A DNA stretch of 57,817 bases from Candidatus Omnitrophota bacterium (lineage in GTDB: Bacteria > Omnitrophota > Gorgyraeia > JABMRN01 > RBG-13-46-9), in assembly GCA_024542975.1 (NCBI GenBank), contig JAMXCZ010000003.1:1-57817 (forward strand). The letters run 5' to 3'. The notes under the pieces were generated by a model. It had not been told where the DNA came from and made no database searches. It saw only the letters and a program-made list of their open reading frames with translations. Of the stretch, positions 18,363-26,775 are shown one piece after another. A program made the position numbers and the translations under genes. Each line of letters opens with the position of its first letter. Within the stretch, counting starts at the first letter, position 1.

Positions 18363-18544
18363 GTAAGAATCTATGGCATATAAGGACAGGATTTTTTGCG
18401 GCATTGTATTTAAAAACCTTAATTTTATGCATAGACCACGGAGGTCTGCGTCTCAGGATTGCTGCAGAAGAAAACTTAATCGGATCAGACCCTATCTCTC
18501 TAAAAAGTGAGCAGGGGTAGTGACTTTTTTTTGAACAGAAATTA

Positions 18545-18572
18545 ACTTCCGATAGTGGAGTTTATGTAAACT
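18545..18572 (+). other. dif-like XerC/XerD site
   Basis: ACTTCCGATAG-TGGAGT-TTATGTAAACT, an 11-6-11 layout. The right arm equals the Bacillus subtilis dif arm TTATGTAAACT, and the left arm shares ACTTCC. Confidence 0.75.
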
Positions 18573-18696
18573 ACATTTCGATATTCCTAACAGGTTTGAA
18601 TAGGAAAGGGTGCTTGATAATTTGTCAAAAAAACATGAAAAACCAGAAACTCAAAAGGTAGTTTTTAGTCAAAAATGAGATATTAAGAGGCGCAGG

Positions 18697-19137
18697 ATGA
18701 GAGGAAGAAAATTACAGATACCCGGCCAATGGAGCGTTAAGCAGCTAAGATTGCAGCAGATGCTAGCCGATCCGTTTGATAAGCGCGTTTTAGCTGAAAA
18801 AGCCAAAGAGGTAGGTATTAGCGAGCGCGTCCTTTACAAATGGAAAAATATGCCTGGCTGGCAAGATACTGTTTTTGAAATAGCGAAGAAATGGATAGGC
18901 GATGGCGCGCCAAAGGTATTAAGGGCCCTATATCATAAAGCAAAGGATACGGGGGATCCGGTATGTGTAAAGCTGTATTTGGAGATTATCGGTAAATATA
19001 CGCAGAAAACCGAGATGGACATTAGGGCAGGGAGGTTAGAGGAATTGAGCGATGAAGAGCTTAGAGACATTATCGCGAAAGGAGCTGCTTTTCAAAGCGG
19101 AGGCAGCGGGGGAGCTCCAAAGACGCTACCGGGATAA
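18697..19137 (+). CDS. Putative terminase small subunit (phBC6A51-like HTH)
   Basis: HTH AEKAKEVGISERVLYKW, then ALYHKA..GD...KLYLE and LSDEEL. It overlaps terL. Confidence 0.75.
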   Translation: MRGRKLQIPGQWSVKQLRLQQMLADPFDKRVLAEKAKEVGISERVLYKWKNMPGWQDTVFEIAKKWIGDGAPKVLRALYHKAKDTGDPVCVKLYLEIIGKYTQKTEMDIRAGRLEELSDEELRDIIAKGAAFQSGGSGGAPKTLPG

Positions 19138-20488
19138 CAGGATAGCGTATTATAATCCCCATAGGCTGCAGGAAAAGTTCCACAAGAGTCAGGCAATTAT
19201 TCGCCTGTTTCTCGGAGGAAATGGTGCCGGTAAAAGTATTGCTGGCGCTACTGAGACGACTTGGGCCTCCATAGGAAAACACCCTTATTGGAAATATCCC
19301 GTTCCATCAAGGGGTCGAATCGCGACTACATCATTTGATAAAATCGAACAAGTGATAATCCCTCAATTAGAGGCTTGGATTCCCAAAAGACAGGTCAGAG
19401 ACCGGAAGAAGAACAATCTTGGCATATATGCAAAATGGTGGCTTAAAAATGGCACTTTTTTCGATATTCTATCATATCAGCAGGATGTTGAGGAGTATGA
19501 GGGCGTTGATCTTGACTGGTTTTGGAGTGACGAGCCTATGCCTAAAGATAGATACCAAGCGACATTAGCGCGGTTTAGAAGAGTAGGCCGTATATGGATG
19601 ACACTAACGCCTTTAACTGAGCCCTGGATACTTGATGAGCTTGTTAATAACGCTGATGGAGAGTATATAGACGTGATAACAGCAGATATCATGGATAACT
19701 GTGTCGAAAAAGGCGGATACCTAAGCCGGGAAGCTATCGACTTAATGCTCAAGGGCTATGATGATGATGAGAAAGAAGCCCGGGCACATGGCCGTTTTAT
19801 CTTCCTGCAGGGCCTAATATATAAGTCTTTCGATAGAGATGTTCATGTTGTCGAGCCTTTTGATATTCCTAAAGACTGGACAAGGAAATGCATTGTAGAC
19901 CCACATGATCGGAAACCTTTTGCTATTGGGTGGCAAGCAACAAGTCCTACAGGCGACATATATGTGTATGATGAATGGCCGGAGTATGAGTTCCACAAGA
20001 AGAAGAGTTGCGATTTGACAATCGAGGATTATGCTAATGTTATCAAGATAAAAGAAGAAAAGCAGTTTATTGCAAGACGTCTTATCGATCCAAACTTCGG
20101 CAATGCCATAAACGTCCATACTAAGACTACGATAAAGCAAGATCTCGAGAATTACGGACTTGATTTCGAGGACGCTATTAATGATATACAATCTGGCCAT
20201 TTGAAGGTGAAGGAATATCTTAAATACGATAAATTAAAACCTCTGAGTAATACCAATAAGCCGAAGATCTATTTCTTTAAGACATGTCGAAATCATATCC
20301 ATGGAATGAGCCATTATTTATGGGATGAGTTCGCGGATAAGTCACGTTCGCCCAAACAGAAACCAAAAGATGCAAATAAAGACTTTCCCGATGTCGTCAG
20401 GTACGGGCTCATGGACGATTCGGGTTATCAGATTTTTAATGACGATATGTTAGCGTATCTGAAACATTACAAAGGCATGTCGACATGA
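19052..20488 (+). CDS. Terminase large subunit
   Basis: Q motif LQEKFH, Walker A GGNGAGKS, Walker B WFWSDE, motif III TLTP, nuclease IVDPH...LIDP...KDFPDVVRY. Confidence 0.92.
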   Translation: MKSLETLSRKELLFKAEAAGELQRRYRDNRIAYYNPHRLQEKFHKSQAIIRLFLGGNGAGKSIAGATETTWASIGKHPYWKYPVPSRGRIATTSFDKIEQVIIPQLEAWIPKRQVRDRKKNNLGIYAKWWLKNGTFFDILSYQQDVEEYEGVDLDWFWSDEPMPKDRYQATLARFRRVGRIWMTLTPLTEPWILDELVNNADGEYIDVITADIMDNCVEKGGYLSREAIDLMLKGYDDDEKEARAHGRFIFLQGLIYKSFDRDVHVVEPFDIPKDWTRKCIVDPHDRKPFAIGWQATSPTGDIYVYDEWPEYEFHKKKSCDLTIEDYANVIKIKEEKQFIARRLIDPNFGNAINVHTKTTIKQDLENYGLDFEDAINDIQSGHLKVKEYLKYDKLKPLSNTNKPKIYFFKTCRNHIHGMSHYLWDEFADKSRSPKQKPKDANKDFPDVVRYGLMDDSGYQIFNDDMLAYLKHYKGMST

Positions 20489-21213
20489 CAGAGCTACTCA
20501 GAGGAAATATTAAAGACGGTCTCGGCGGCAAGGAATTTTACGAGGTGGAAAAAGGGGAGTATACGATTTTAGAAAAGCCGAAACATTCTACTCAATACTT
20601 ATGTTCTGTGTGGCTTTCGCCCGGTATCTATAAGTTTAAAAGCTACATTATGGTTTTTGAGAAGACGCCCGGGGTAATCCGGCAGATTGCGGAATGGGCT
20701 GATATAACTTCACCTTCTCAGATAGAATCCGTGTTTGATAAGCTTGTAAGCTATTACTCTTACGAGACTATGCAAAGAATAATGGTCGGCGTAGGAAGGA
20801 ATACCCGGGGGGGGAATTTGATAAATGCCTTAGCAGGTAACCCAAGAAAACAGTATGACTTGTATAGAGAAAAAACAAGAGATGCTTCGACAGGTGTTAT
20901 GGAGCCGAAGGCGGGCATAATTGATGATGATAAAAACAGAATCGCTTTAATAGACGATTTACAAGAAGCCTTTTCCAATAACAGAATATACCCCTTACCG
21001 GATAGTAATGTAGATGTTCTAAAAAACATCATAGTTGATAAGGAGAAATATACAATCCCCGAGAAATATGAAGCTTATATTTTGTCCTTAGCTGGAGCTT
21101 ATAGGGTGTTTAAAGAGCATCCGCACAGAAAGCCGGTAGATCGCACGAGGATTAAAGCATTAATACAGGAACGGAGACAGAGATTAAACAATCCGTTTAG
21201 GAGATCTACATAG
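20485..21213 (+). CDS. Stand-alone TerL C-terminal nuclease-like domain, catalytic acids apparently lost
   Basis: Pattern ILEKP...YLCSVWLSPG...RQIAEW...VGVGRNTRGG...LIDDLQEA...YEAYILSLAGAY tracks the TerL RNase-H domain. Confidence 0.55.
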   Translation: MTELLRGNIKDGLGGKEFYEVEKGEYTILEKPKHSTQYLCSVWLSPGIYKFKSYIMVFEKTPGVIRQIAEWADITSPSQIESVFDKLVSYYSYETMQRIMVGVGRNTRGGNLINALAGNPRKQYDLYREKTRDASTGVMEPKAGIIDDDKNRIALIDDLQEAFSNNRIYPLPDSNVDVLKNIIVDKEKYTIPEKYEAYILSLAGAYRVFKEHPHRKPVDRTRIKALIQERRQRLNNPFRRST

Positions 21214-21265
21214 CCAGCGGACGAAAAATGCAAAAAAGTAGAAAGTGAGATAGATAGCGACTCCT

Positions 21266-21457
21266 ATGGAGAAGGTAGAGCAGAGGTATCTAAACGTAAA
21301 GGGCGTGGCAGCGTATTTAGGAACTACGCCGCTTACGATATATGATTGGGTGCGGAAGAGGAAGGTACCGGTTCATAAGCTTAATGGGAGCTTGAAGTTT
21401 GATAAGCTGGAAATAGATAGAATGATGGAAGAAAATCGAGTTAAAGAAATGGATTGA
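21266..21457 (+). CDS. xis: Excisionase / HTH_17 DNA-binding protein
   Basis: YLNVKGVAAYLG...TIYDWV...VPVHKLNGSLKFDKLEIDR. Confidence 0.85.
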   Translation: MEKVEQRYLNVKGVAAYLGTTPLTIYDWVRKRKVPVHKLNGSLKFDKLEIDRMMEENRVKEMD

Positions 21458-21482
21458 AATAGAAAGTATATGTGGCTATAAT
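21454..21482 (+). promoter_or_regulatory. sigma70 promoter for RT (and possibly int and the tRNAs)
   Basis: TTGAAA (overlapping the xis stop), 17 nt spacer, TATAAT. Confidence 0.7.
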
Positions 21483-21512
21483 AACCTTTAAAGGGTACTT
21501 TAAATTGTAACA

Positions 21513-23099
21513 ATGAAGATAATAAGTTTATTAAAAAAGGGTTATTTTCCGAAAGAGTTACCGCCGGCATTTACAACAGAATATTTTGCTAATAAATATT
21601 CCGCAATAGCAAAAGATTATAGAAAATTAGGTATAAGAGAAAAAAGTGAATCAAAGTGTGTCAATTTTTCGATTTTGAGGCAATTTTATTCCAGAAGGGA
21701 TTTAGGGATCCCGAATCCAATACATCAGTCGAACTTATCGAAATGCATTTGTGACAATTGGGCGCAAATTAATCGGTTTTATAAAAAATCACGAATTTCT
21801 GCAAGCAAACCAATAGTCGATTTATCACACAAACGGGCAGTCAGAACTAATTCATTTGCGGAATTTAAAAAACTTCGTTTACTTAATTCCTACGATAAAA
21901 TTTATGAACTAAAAACAGATATCTCCAGGTTTTACGCAACGCTCTATACTCATGCCATTCCCTGGGCGTTGCATACGAAAGCTGTAGCAAAGAGGCCGCC
22001 AAGGGATCCTAGATTATTGGGCAATGTGTTGGATAAAAGCATACGTGCCTGCCAGGCACGTCAATCGATAGGTATCCCTGTGGGCCCTGATACGTCATTA
22101 ATTATTGCAGAAATAATCAGTTGCGAAATCGATAATATTTTGCAGAATAAATTTAAAGATCTAAGGGGATACAGATATTACGATGATTATTATTTCTTTT
22201 TTTCAAAGCTAGAAGATGCGGAAAAAGTATTAAAAGAATACCAATGCACTTTAACAAGCTTAAATTTGGATATAAACGAAGAAAAGACAGAAATAAGAGA
22301 ACACCCTATACCATCCGATAAGGTTTGGGCAATTGAAATAGGTTCATTCAGGTTTCGCAATTCAGATAAAACACAAGAAAATGATCTAGAAAAATTTTTC
22401 AGCATATCCTTTAAATTTGCAAAAGAGAATCCAAAAGATTCAGTATTAAAATACGCAATTAAAAAAATTGAATATATTAAAATAAGGAACAAGAACTGGC
22501 CTTTTTTTGAGTCATTACTTTTAAAAACTGCGCTTGTTGCGCCTTTAACTTTGCCGGAAGTAACACGAATTTTATATAGTTATTCAAAAAGAGTTGATAA
22601 AAGTAAAGTAAAAAACGTAGTCGAGCAGATAATTGAAAAGCATGTTCTCATGGGGCATTCGTTCGAGGTATCATGGTCTCTATGGCTGGCTAAGACTTTT
22701 CACTTAAAAATCAACGACGATATCGCAAAGCATATTTTTAATTCTAGCGATGTTATCTCTATTTTAATTGCACTTGATCTAAAAAGTATGCGTTTAATCG
22801 ATTCGAAAGTAGACACTAGTAGTCTGCTAAATGAATTAACCGAAAATTCTCTGTACGATGATAAATGGCTATTAACTTACGAATCAATAATTAAAAAATG
22901 GTTGAACCCAACTTCAGATCCAGTTAGTATCGAGCCATATTTCAAAACATTGAAAAAGCATAAAGTTAGATTTTATGACGGCACCAAACAAGTAGAAATT
23001 ATTAAGTTTAAAAAGCGAAGAAGGGCACCAACTCCATTCCCTGGACTAGCAAGACATCTACGAATGTTTTATGCCGATGAAGAACCGGATGAAATCTAA
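21513..23099 (+). CDS. Reverse transcriptase, UG/Abi class-1 type (AbiK/Abi-P2/DRT-like), putative anti-phage
   Basis: GYFPKELPPAF, LGIPNP, DISRFYATLYTHAIPWA, GIPVGPDTSLIIAEI, YRYYDDY and INEEKT motifs, with a helical C-terminal domain. Confidence 0.9.
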   Translation: MKIISLLKKGYFPKELPPAFTTEYFANKYSAIAKDYRKLGIREKSESKCVNFSILRQFYSRRDLGIPNPIHQSNLSKCICDNWAQINRFYKKSRISASKPIVDLSHKRAVRTNSFAEFKKLRLLNSYDKIYELKTDISRFYATLYTHAIPWALHTKAVAKRPPRDPRLLGNVLDKSIRACQARQSIGIPVGPDTSLIIAEIISCEIDNILQNKFKDLRGYRYYDDYYFFFSKLEDAEKVLKEYQCTLTSLNLDINEEKTEIREHPIPSDKVWAIEIGSFRFRNSDKTQENDLEKFFSISFKFAKENPKDSVLKYAIKKIEYIKIRNKNWPFFESLLLKTALVAPLTLPEVTRILYSYSKRVDKSKVKNVVEQIIEKHVLMGHSFEVSWSLWLAKTFHLKINDDIAKHIFNSSDVISILIALDLKSMRLIDSKVDTSSLLNELTENSLYDDKWLLTYESIIKKWLNPTSDPVSIEPYFKTLKKHKVRFYDGTKQVEIIKFKKRRRAPTPFPGLARHLRMFYADEEPDEI

Positions 23100-24179
23100 A
23101 TGAGCTTATACAAAAGAGAAAAAAACTGGTATATAGATTATCACGCTTATGGAAAGCGCATTAGGGAAGTCATAGGGGCCGACAGAAAGCTTGCTGAAAC
23201 CGTTCTTGCCAAACGAAAGCTTGCCATAACAGAAAACCGTTTTCTTGATATAAAAAAGAAAAGCAGAACAACCTTCAATGAACTGTGCGATCTTTACATA
23301 GAACTTCACGCAAAACCCAATAAGAGGCATTGGCAAAGGTCAGATGCGCTTCACCAGAGGCGCTTAAAAGAGTTTTTTGGCAATCCAAGAATAGCGGCGA
23401 TAGCTCAGGAGCAAGTAGAGCTATATAAGGCAAAGAGGCTTGAAGAAGTGTCGCCTGCAACCGTTAATCGAGAATTAACTTGCCTTAAGCACATGTTTAA
23501 TAAGGCAATCGAGTGGAAGAAGATCGAATATAATCCTGCAGCGAGGGTTAAGAAGCTCAGGGAGAACAATGCCAGAATGCGTTACTTAGAAAAAGAAGAA
23601 ATTAGAACGCTGATAGATAACTGTAATGATACCGTTAGGCCGGTTGTAATTCTTGGACTATATACAGGTATGCGGCAAGGGGAGATGCTTAACCTTAAAT
23701 GGCGAGACATAGATATAGGTAAGGGCATACTGTACATATTAAGGACAAAGAATGACGAACCGAGAGAAATCCCAATGTGTGATATTGTAAAGAGGACTCT
23801 CATAGCAATTCCAAAACACAAAGATAGTCCTTATGTGTTTTGCAAAAAGAATGGTAAGCCTTATGGGAAGCTTAGGAAAAGCTTCTTGCAAGCATTGGAT
23901 AAATCTGGTATACTACATTTTCGTTTTCACGATCTTAGACATACTTTCGCGTCGCAATTTATGATGGCAGGCGGCGAGCTTAATACTTTGAGAGAGCTTT
24001 TGGGCCATAAGGATATTAAGATGACATTAAGGTATTCTCACTTGTCAAGAGACCATAAACGCAGGGCAATGGAGAATTTTGACCGGCAGATGGTCACAAA
24101 TCGGTCACAAGCGCCGGAAACAAACTTTTTAGATAGTTTACGCGATTCTCATAACATCTTTGAAAATAAAGAGTTATAG
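23100..24179 (+). CDS. int: Tyrosine integrase
   Basis: TGMRQGE (R), TKN (K), HDLRH, LLGH and RYSH catalytic residues, with an N-terminal arm-binding region. Confidence 0.96.
   Translation: MSLYKREKNWYIDYHAYGKRIREVIGADRKLAETVLAKRKLAITENRFLDIKKKSRTTFNELCDLYIELHAKPNKRHWQRSDALHQRRLKEFFGNPRIAAIAQEQVELYKAKRLEEVSPATVNRELTCLKHMFNKAIEWKKIEYNPAARVKKLRENNARMRYLEKEEIRTLIDNCNDTVRPVVILGLYTGMRQGEMLNLKWRDIDIGKGILYILRTKNDEPREIPMCDIVKRTLIAIPKHKDSPYVFCKKNGKPYGKLRKSFLQALDKSGILHFRFHDLRHTFASQFMMAGGELNTLRELLGHKDIKMTLRYSHLSRDHKRRAMENFDRQMVTNRSQAPETNFLDSLRDSHNIFENKEL
24093..24111 (+). repeat. Integrase arm-type site inside the 3' end of int
   Basis: GTCACAAATCGGTCACAAG matches 797-815. Confidence 0.7.
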
Positions 24180-24183
24180 CACT

Positions 24184-24261
24184 GGGGCCATAGCTCAATT
24201 TGGTTAGAGCATCTGACTCATAATCAGGTGGTTCCTGGTTCAAGTCCAGGTGGCCCCACCA
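24184..24261 (+). tRNA. tRNA(CAT), probably tRNA-Ile2; contains attR
   Basis: Cloverleaf with GGGGCCA/TGGCCCC acceptor stem, CT-CAT-AA loop, GTTCAAG T-loop and encoded CCA. It resembles Ile2 and lacks initiator features. Confidence 0.92.
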
Positions 24262-24312
24262 CTTTTTGTTATTGGGTAAGAAATATAGCGAGAGAGCGAG
24301 GGATGGCTAAAA

Positions 24313-24389
24313 GGGCACATGGCTTAGCTGGTTAAAGCGCTGCGTTCACATCGCAGAGATCAAAGGTTCGAATCCTTTTGTGCCCACCA
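24313..24389 (+). tRNA. tRNA-Val(CAC)
   Basis: GGGCACA/TGTGCCC acceptor stem, CTGCG-TT-CAC-AT-CGCAG anticodon arm, GTTCGAA and CCA. Confidence 0.93.
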
Positions 24390-24396
24390 CTTAATT

Positions 24397-25113
24397 ATGA
24401 AAGAGATAAACATGAAAGAGCAGATGAAAATGTTGGTTGAGCTGCAGAAGCTTGATGCGGAGATCTTTGACAGAAAGAAGATATTGGAGGAAGTGCCGGT
24501 CAGGATAAAAGAGCTGGAGAATGGGTTGGAGGCAAAATCAACGCACCTGAAGAGCCTGGAAGAGGACCTGAAGAAGCTCAAGGTCAGCCAGAAACAAAGG
24601 GAAATGGACCTGGAAACAAAGGAGCAGGGGATAAAAAAACATCAGGGGCAGCTTCATCAGATCAAGACAAACAAGGAGTATGCGGCTTTGGAAAAGGAGA
24701 TCGCGAGCCTTAAGGCCGATAATTCCCTGCTGGAGGAAGAAATCATCAATTTGCTTGACCAAAGCGACGAGATGCAGAAGGCCGTGTCCGGCGAGAAGAA
24801 AGTCCTGGAAGACGAAAATAAAAAGTCAGTGGAAGAAAAGAAAAAGATCGAGGCTGAAAAGAATAAAAGCGAAGCGGAATTGAACAATTTAAACGCCAAG
24901 CGCCTGGAATTCGCAAAAAATATAGATCAGGGTATTTTGCCAAAGTATGAAAGAATTTTGCACAACAAAGCGGGGCATGCCGTAGTTTCCATAGCGGGAA
25001 ACGCCTGCGGCGGCTGCAATATGAGTTTACCGCCCCAGGTGATAAATGAGGTTAAGCTTCGGGCTTCACTTATTTTCTGTGAGAACTGCGCAAGAATACT
25101 CCACGCGGAATAA
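24397..25113 (+). CDS. C4-type zinc-ribbon coiled-coil protein (DUF164 type)
   Basis: LQKLD coiled coil, then CGGC...CENCARIL. Confidence 0.9.
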   Translation: MKEINMKEQMKMLVELQKLDAEIFDRKKILEEVPVRIKELENGLEAKSTHLKSLEEDLKKLKVSQKQREMDLETKEQGIKKHQGQLHQIKTNKEYAALEKEIASLKADNSLLEEEIINLLDQSDEMQKAVSGEKKVLEDENKKSVEEKKKIEAEKNKSEAELNNLNAKRLEFAKNIDQGILPKYERILHNKAGHAVVSIAGNACGGCNMSLPPQVINEVKLRASLIFCENCARILHAE

Positions 25114-25523
25114 TGAAAAAACTATCTGTTTATGTGGATGGCGGATCGCGGGGAAACCCCGGTCCGGCAGGCATAGGGGCCGTGATATTGAACGAAAAGG
25201 GAACGGTGATCCGGGAGTACAACAAGTATATAGGTATTACGACAAACAATGTCGCAGAATATAATGCGGTTATCTATGGCCTGCAGGAGGCCCTGATAGA
25301 GAAGGCGGATGCGATTGAACTTCATCTGGACAGCGAATTGGTCGCTCAGCAGTTAAAAGGGGAATATAAAGTAAAAAATGCGAATATACGCCCATTATTT
25401 GAACAGGCATTGCATCTCATATCCGGATTCAAAAAATGCACTATAACCCGTATTGGCAGAGAAAAAAATAAATTAGCAGATAAACTTGTTAATAAAGCAA
25501 TAAATTTAGGCGGTCTTTTATAA
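25113..25523 (+). CDS. rnhA: Ribonuclease HI
   Basis: YVDGGSRGNPG, TNNVAEY, LDSELV and NKLAD motifs. Confidence 0.92.
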   Translation: MKKLSVYVDGGSRGNPGPAGIGAVILNEKGTVIREYNKYIGITTNNVAEYNAVIYGLQEALIEKADAIELHLDSELVAQQLKGEYKVKNANIRPLFEQALHLISGFKKCTITRIGREKNKLADKLVNKAINLGGLL

Positions 25524-25882
25524 AGCGGAATAGATCGGATGGCCGCCTTGCCCGAAAGGGCGGGGAGGAAAGTCCGAGCTCCGGAGAGCAGCGTAGCGGC
25601 TAACGGCCGCCTTCGGCGCTAAGCTTATGAAGTTAGTGTCGGAAGGATTAGAGCCACAGAGACGAGTAAGTACACTACTGGTGTATGGAAGTGAAACGCG
25701 GCAATCTCTACGTGGAGCAAGGTCAAATAGTTCCCGATCAAGGAACTGCTCGTTTCTACCGTGACTTATCGGTATCGGGAAGGGTAGGCTGCACGAGGTT
25801 GTCAGTAATGGCAGCCCAAGATAGATGGTCATCGGCGCGCGCAAGCGCGCTTACAGAACTCGGCTTACAGGTCTATTCCGCT
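25524..25882 (+). ncRNA. rnpB: RNase P RNA (type A)
   Basis: GAGGAAAGTCCGAGCTC and ACAGAACTCGGCTTA conserved regions. The P1 ends pair (GCGGAATAGA/TCTATTCCGC). Confidence 0.95.
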
Positions 25883-25889
25883 ATTTAGA

Positions 25890-25939
25890 GGCGTTGTTGT
25901 TCCGCACAGCTTTGTGTGGAGCAACAACGCCCTTTTTTT
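25890..25939 (+). terminator. Intrinsic terminator after rnpB
   Basis: GGCGTTGTTGTTCCGCACA/TGTGTGGAGCAACAACGCC stem followed by T7. Confidence 0.8.
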
Positions 25940-26066
25940 ATCTTTTTCTGCATACGCCTAACACCCCAAAACCCGCATATTTTGTGGTTAATTTCTTTGC
26001 ATTCCCTATATGTAGTGCCGTCGGGATACCCACCTGATACGCCAAAAAAAGTTAGAATGTAATGTC

Positions 26067-26130
26067 TTGACAAGCAAAGTTACATGGTGTATAGTTGCTG
26101 TTGATGTGGAACAGAGTGGAGTAAAGTGGA
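26067..26130 (+). promoter_or_regulatory. dcw promoter with three MraZ boxes
   Basis: TTGACA-17-TATAGT, then GTGGA at 26106, 26116 and 26126 (10-bp period). Confidence 0.85.
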
Positions 26131-26138
26131 GTAAATAA

Positions 26139-26579
26139 ATGTTCTACGGCGAATTTGAACATAAGCTGGACAAAAAGGGACGGATCATAATCCCGTCGGC
26201 ATTCCGCGAAGCGAGTAAGGAAAACTATATCGAAAAGTTTTTCGTTACGAGGGGATTGGATAAGTGCCTTTTTATGTTTTCGGAAGAAGAATGGAAGCAG
26301 CAGGAAGTAAAATTCAGGAATCTTTCTTTTACGAAAAAAGAGGCAAGACAGTTCAACCGGCTTTTTTTCTCGGGCGCTCAGCCGATAGTGCCTGACAAGC
26401 AGGGGAGGATCCTGGTGCCGTCATATCTCAAGGAATACGCAGGTATACGAAAAGAGATAATGCTCATAGGTGTTTCAAGCAGGATCGAAATCTGGAACAA
26501 AGAAAGCTGGAAGGCATTCTACGCGGAAACAAAAGAGACGTTTGAGGACATAGCCGAAAAATTGATAGACCTTGAATGA
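26139..26579 (+). CDS. mraZ: Division/cell-wall cluster repressor MraZ
   Basis: DKKGRIIIP and DKQGRILVP motifs. Confidence 0.97.
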   Translation: MFYGEFEHKLDKKGRIIIPSAFREASKENYIEKFFVTRGLDKCLFMFSEEEWKQQEVKFRNLSFTKKEARQFNRLFFSGAQPIVPDKQGRILVPSYLKEYAGIRKEIMLIGVSSRIEIWNKESWKAFYAETKETFEDIAEKLIDLE

Positions 26580-26604
26580 TTGACTCGAAAAGGGGGTGAA
26601 GAAA

Positions 26605-26775
26605 ATGTTAAAAGATCTATTTAACTTTTATGCAATTAAAAAAATGTGCGAAAATAATCGTCCGAGAGAAGACCGGTTCATGATCGAGCGGATCAGAAAA
26701 GAAAGAACGCTTGCTTCGTGCCACGTAAACCAGAATCGAAAGAAAGCTAAAAAATATAATTCCTACTATCAATGA
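26605..26775 (+). CDS. Unannotated 56-aa basic small protein between mraZ and rsmH
   Basis: SD AAGGGGGTG. The ORF MLKDLFNFYAIKKMCENN...KKYNSYYQ* ends in an ATGA overlap with rsmH. Confidence 0.5.
   Translation: MLKDLFNFYAIKKMCENNRPREDRFMIERIRKERTLASCHVNQNRKKAKKYNSYYQ

Larger units (their letters stand above)
634..24223. mobile_element. tRNA-integrated element, ~23.5 kb, phage-satellite-like
   Basis: 40-bp terminal direct repeats, a tyrosine integrase next to attR, Xis, replication and terminase genes, defence cargo, and composition different from the flanking core genes. Confidence 0.92.

Noticed and set aside
21458-21512. Retron msr-msd or DRT ncRNA upstream of the RT
   Set aside because: Only 55 nt, mostly promoter, with no a1/a2 inverted repeats, and no VTG retron signature seen in the RT.
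21513-23099. Group II intron
   Set aside because: No flanking intron RNA or domain V, and no maturase-type YADD context.
634-24223. Complete prophage or conjugative ICE
   Set aside because: No recognisable capsid, portal, tail, lysis, relaxase or T4SS genes.
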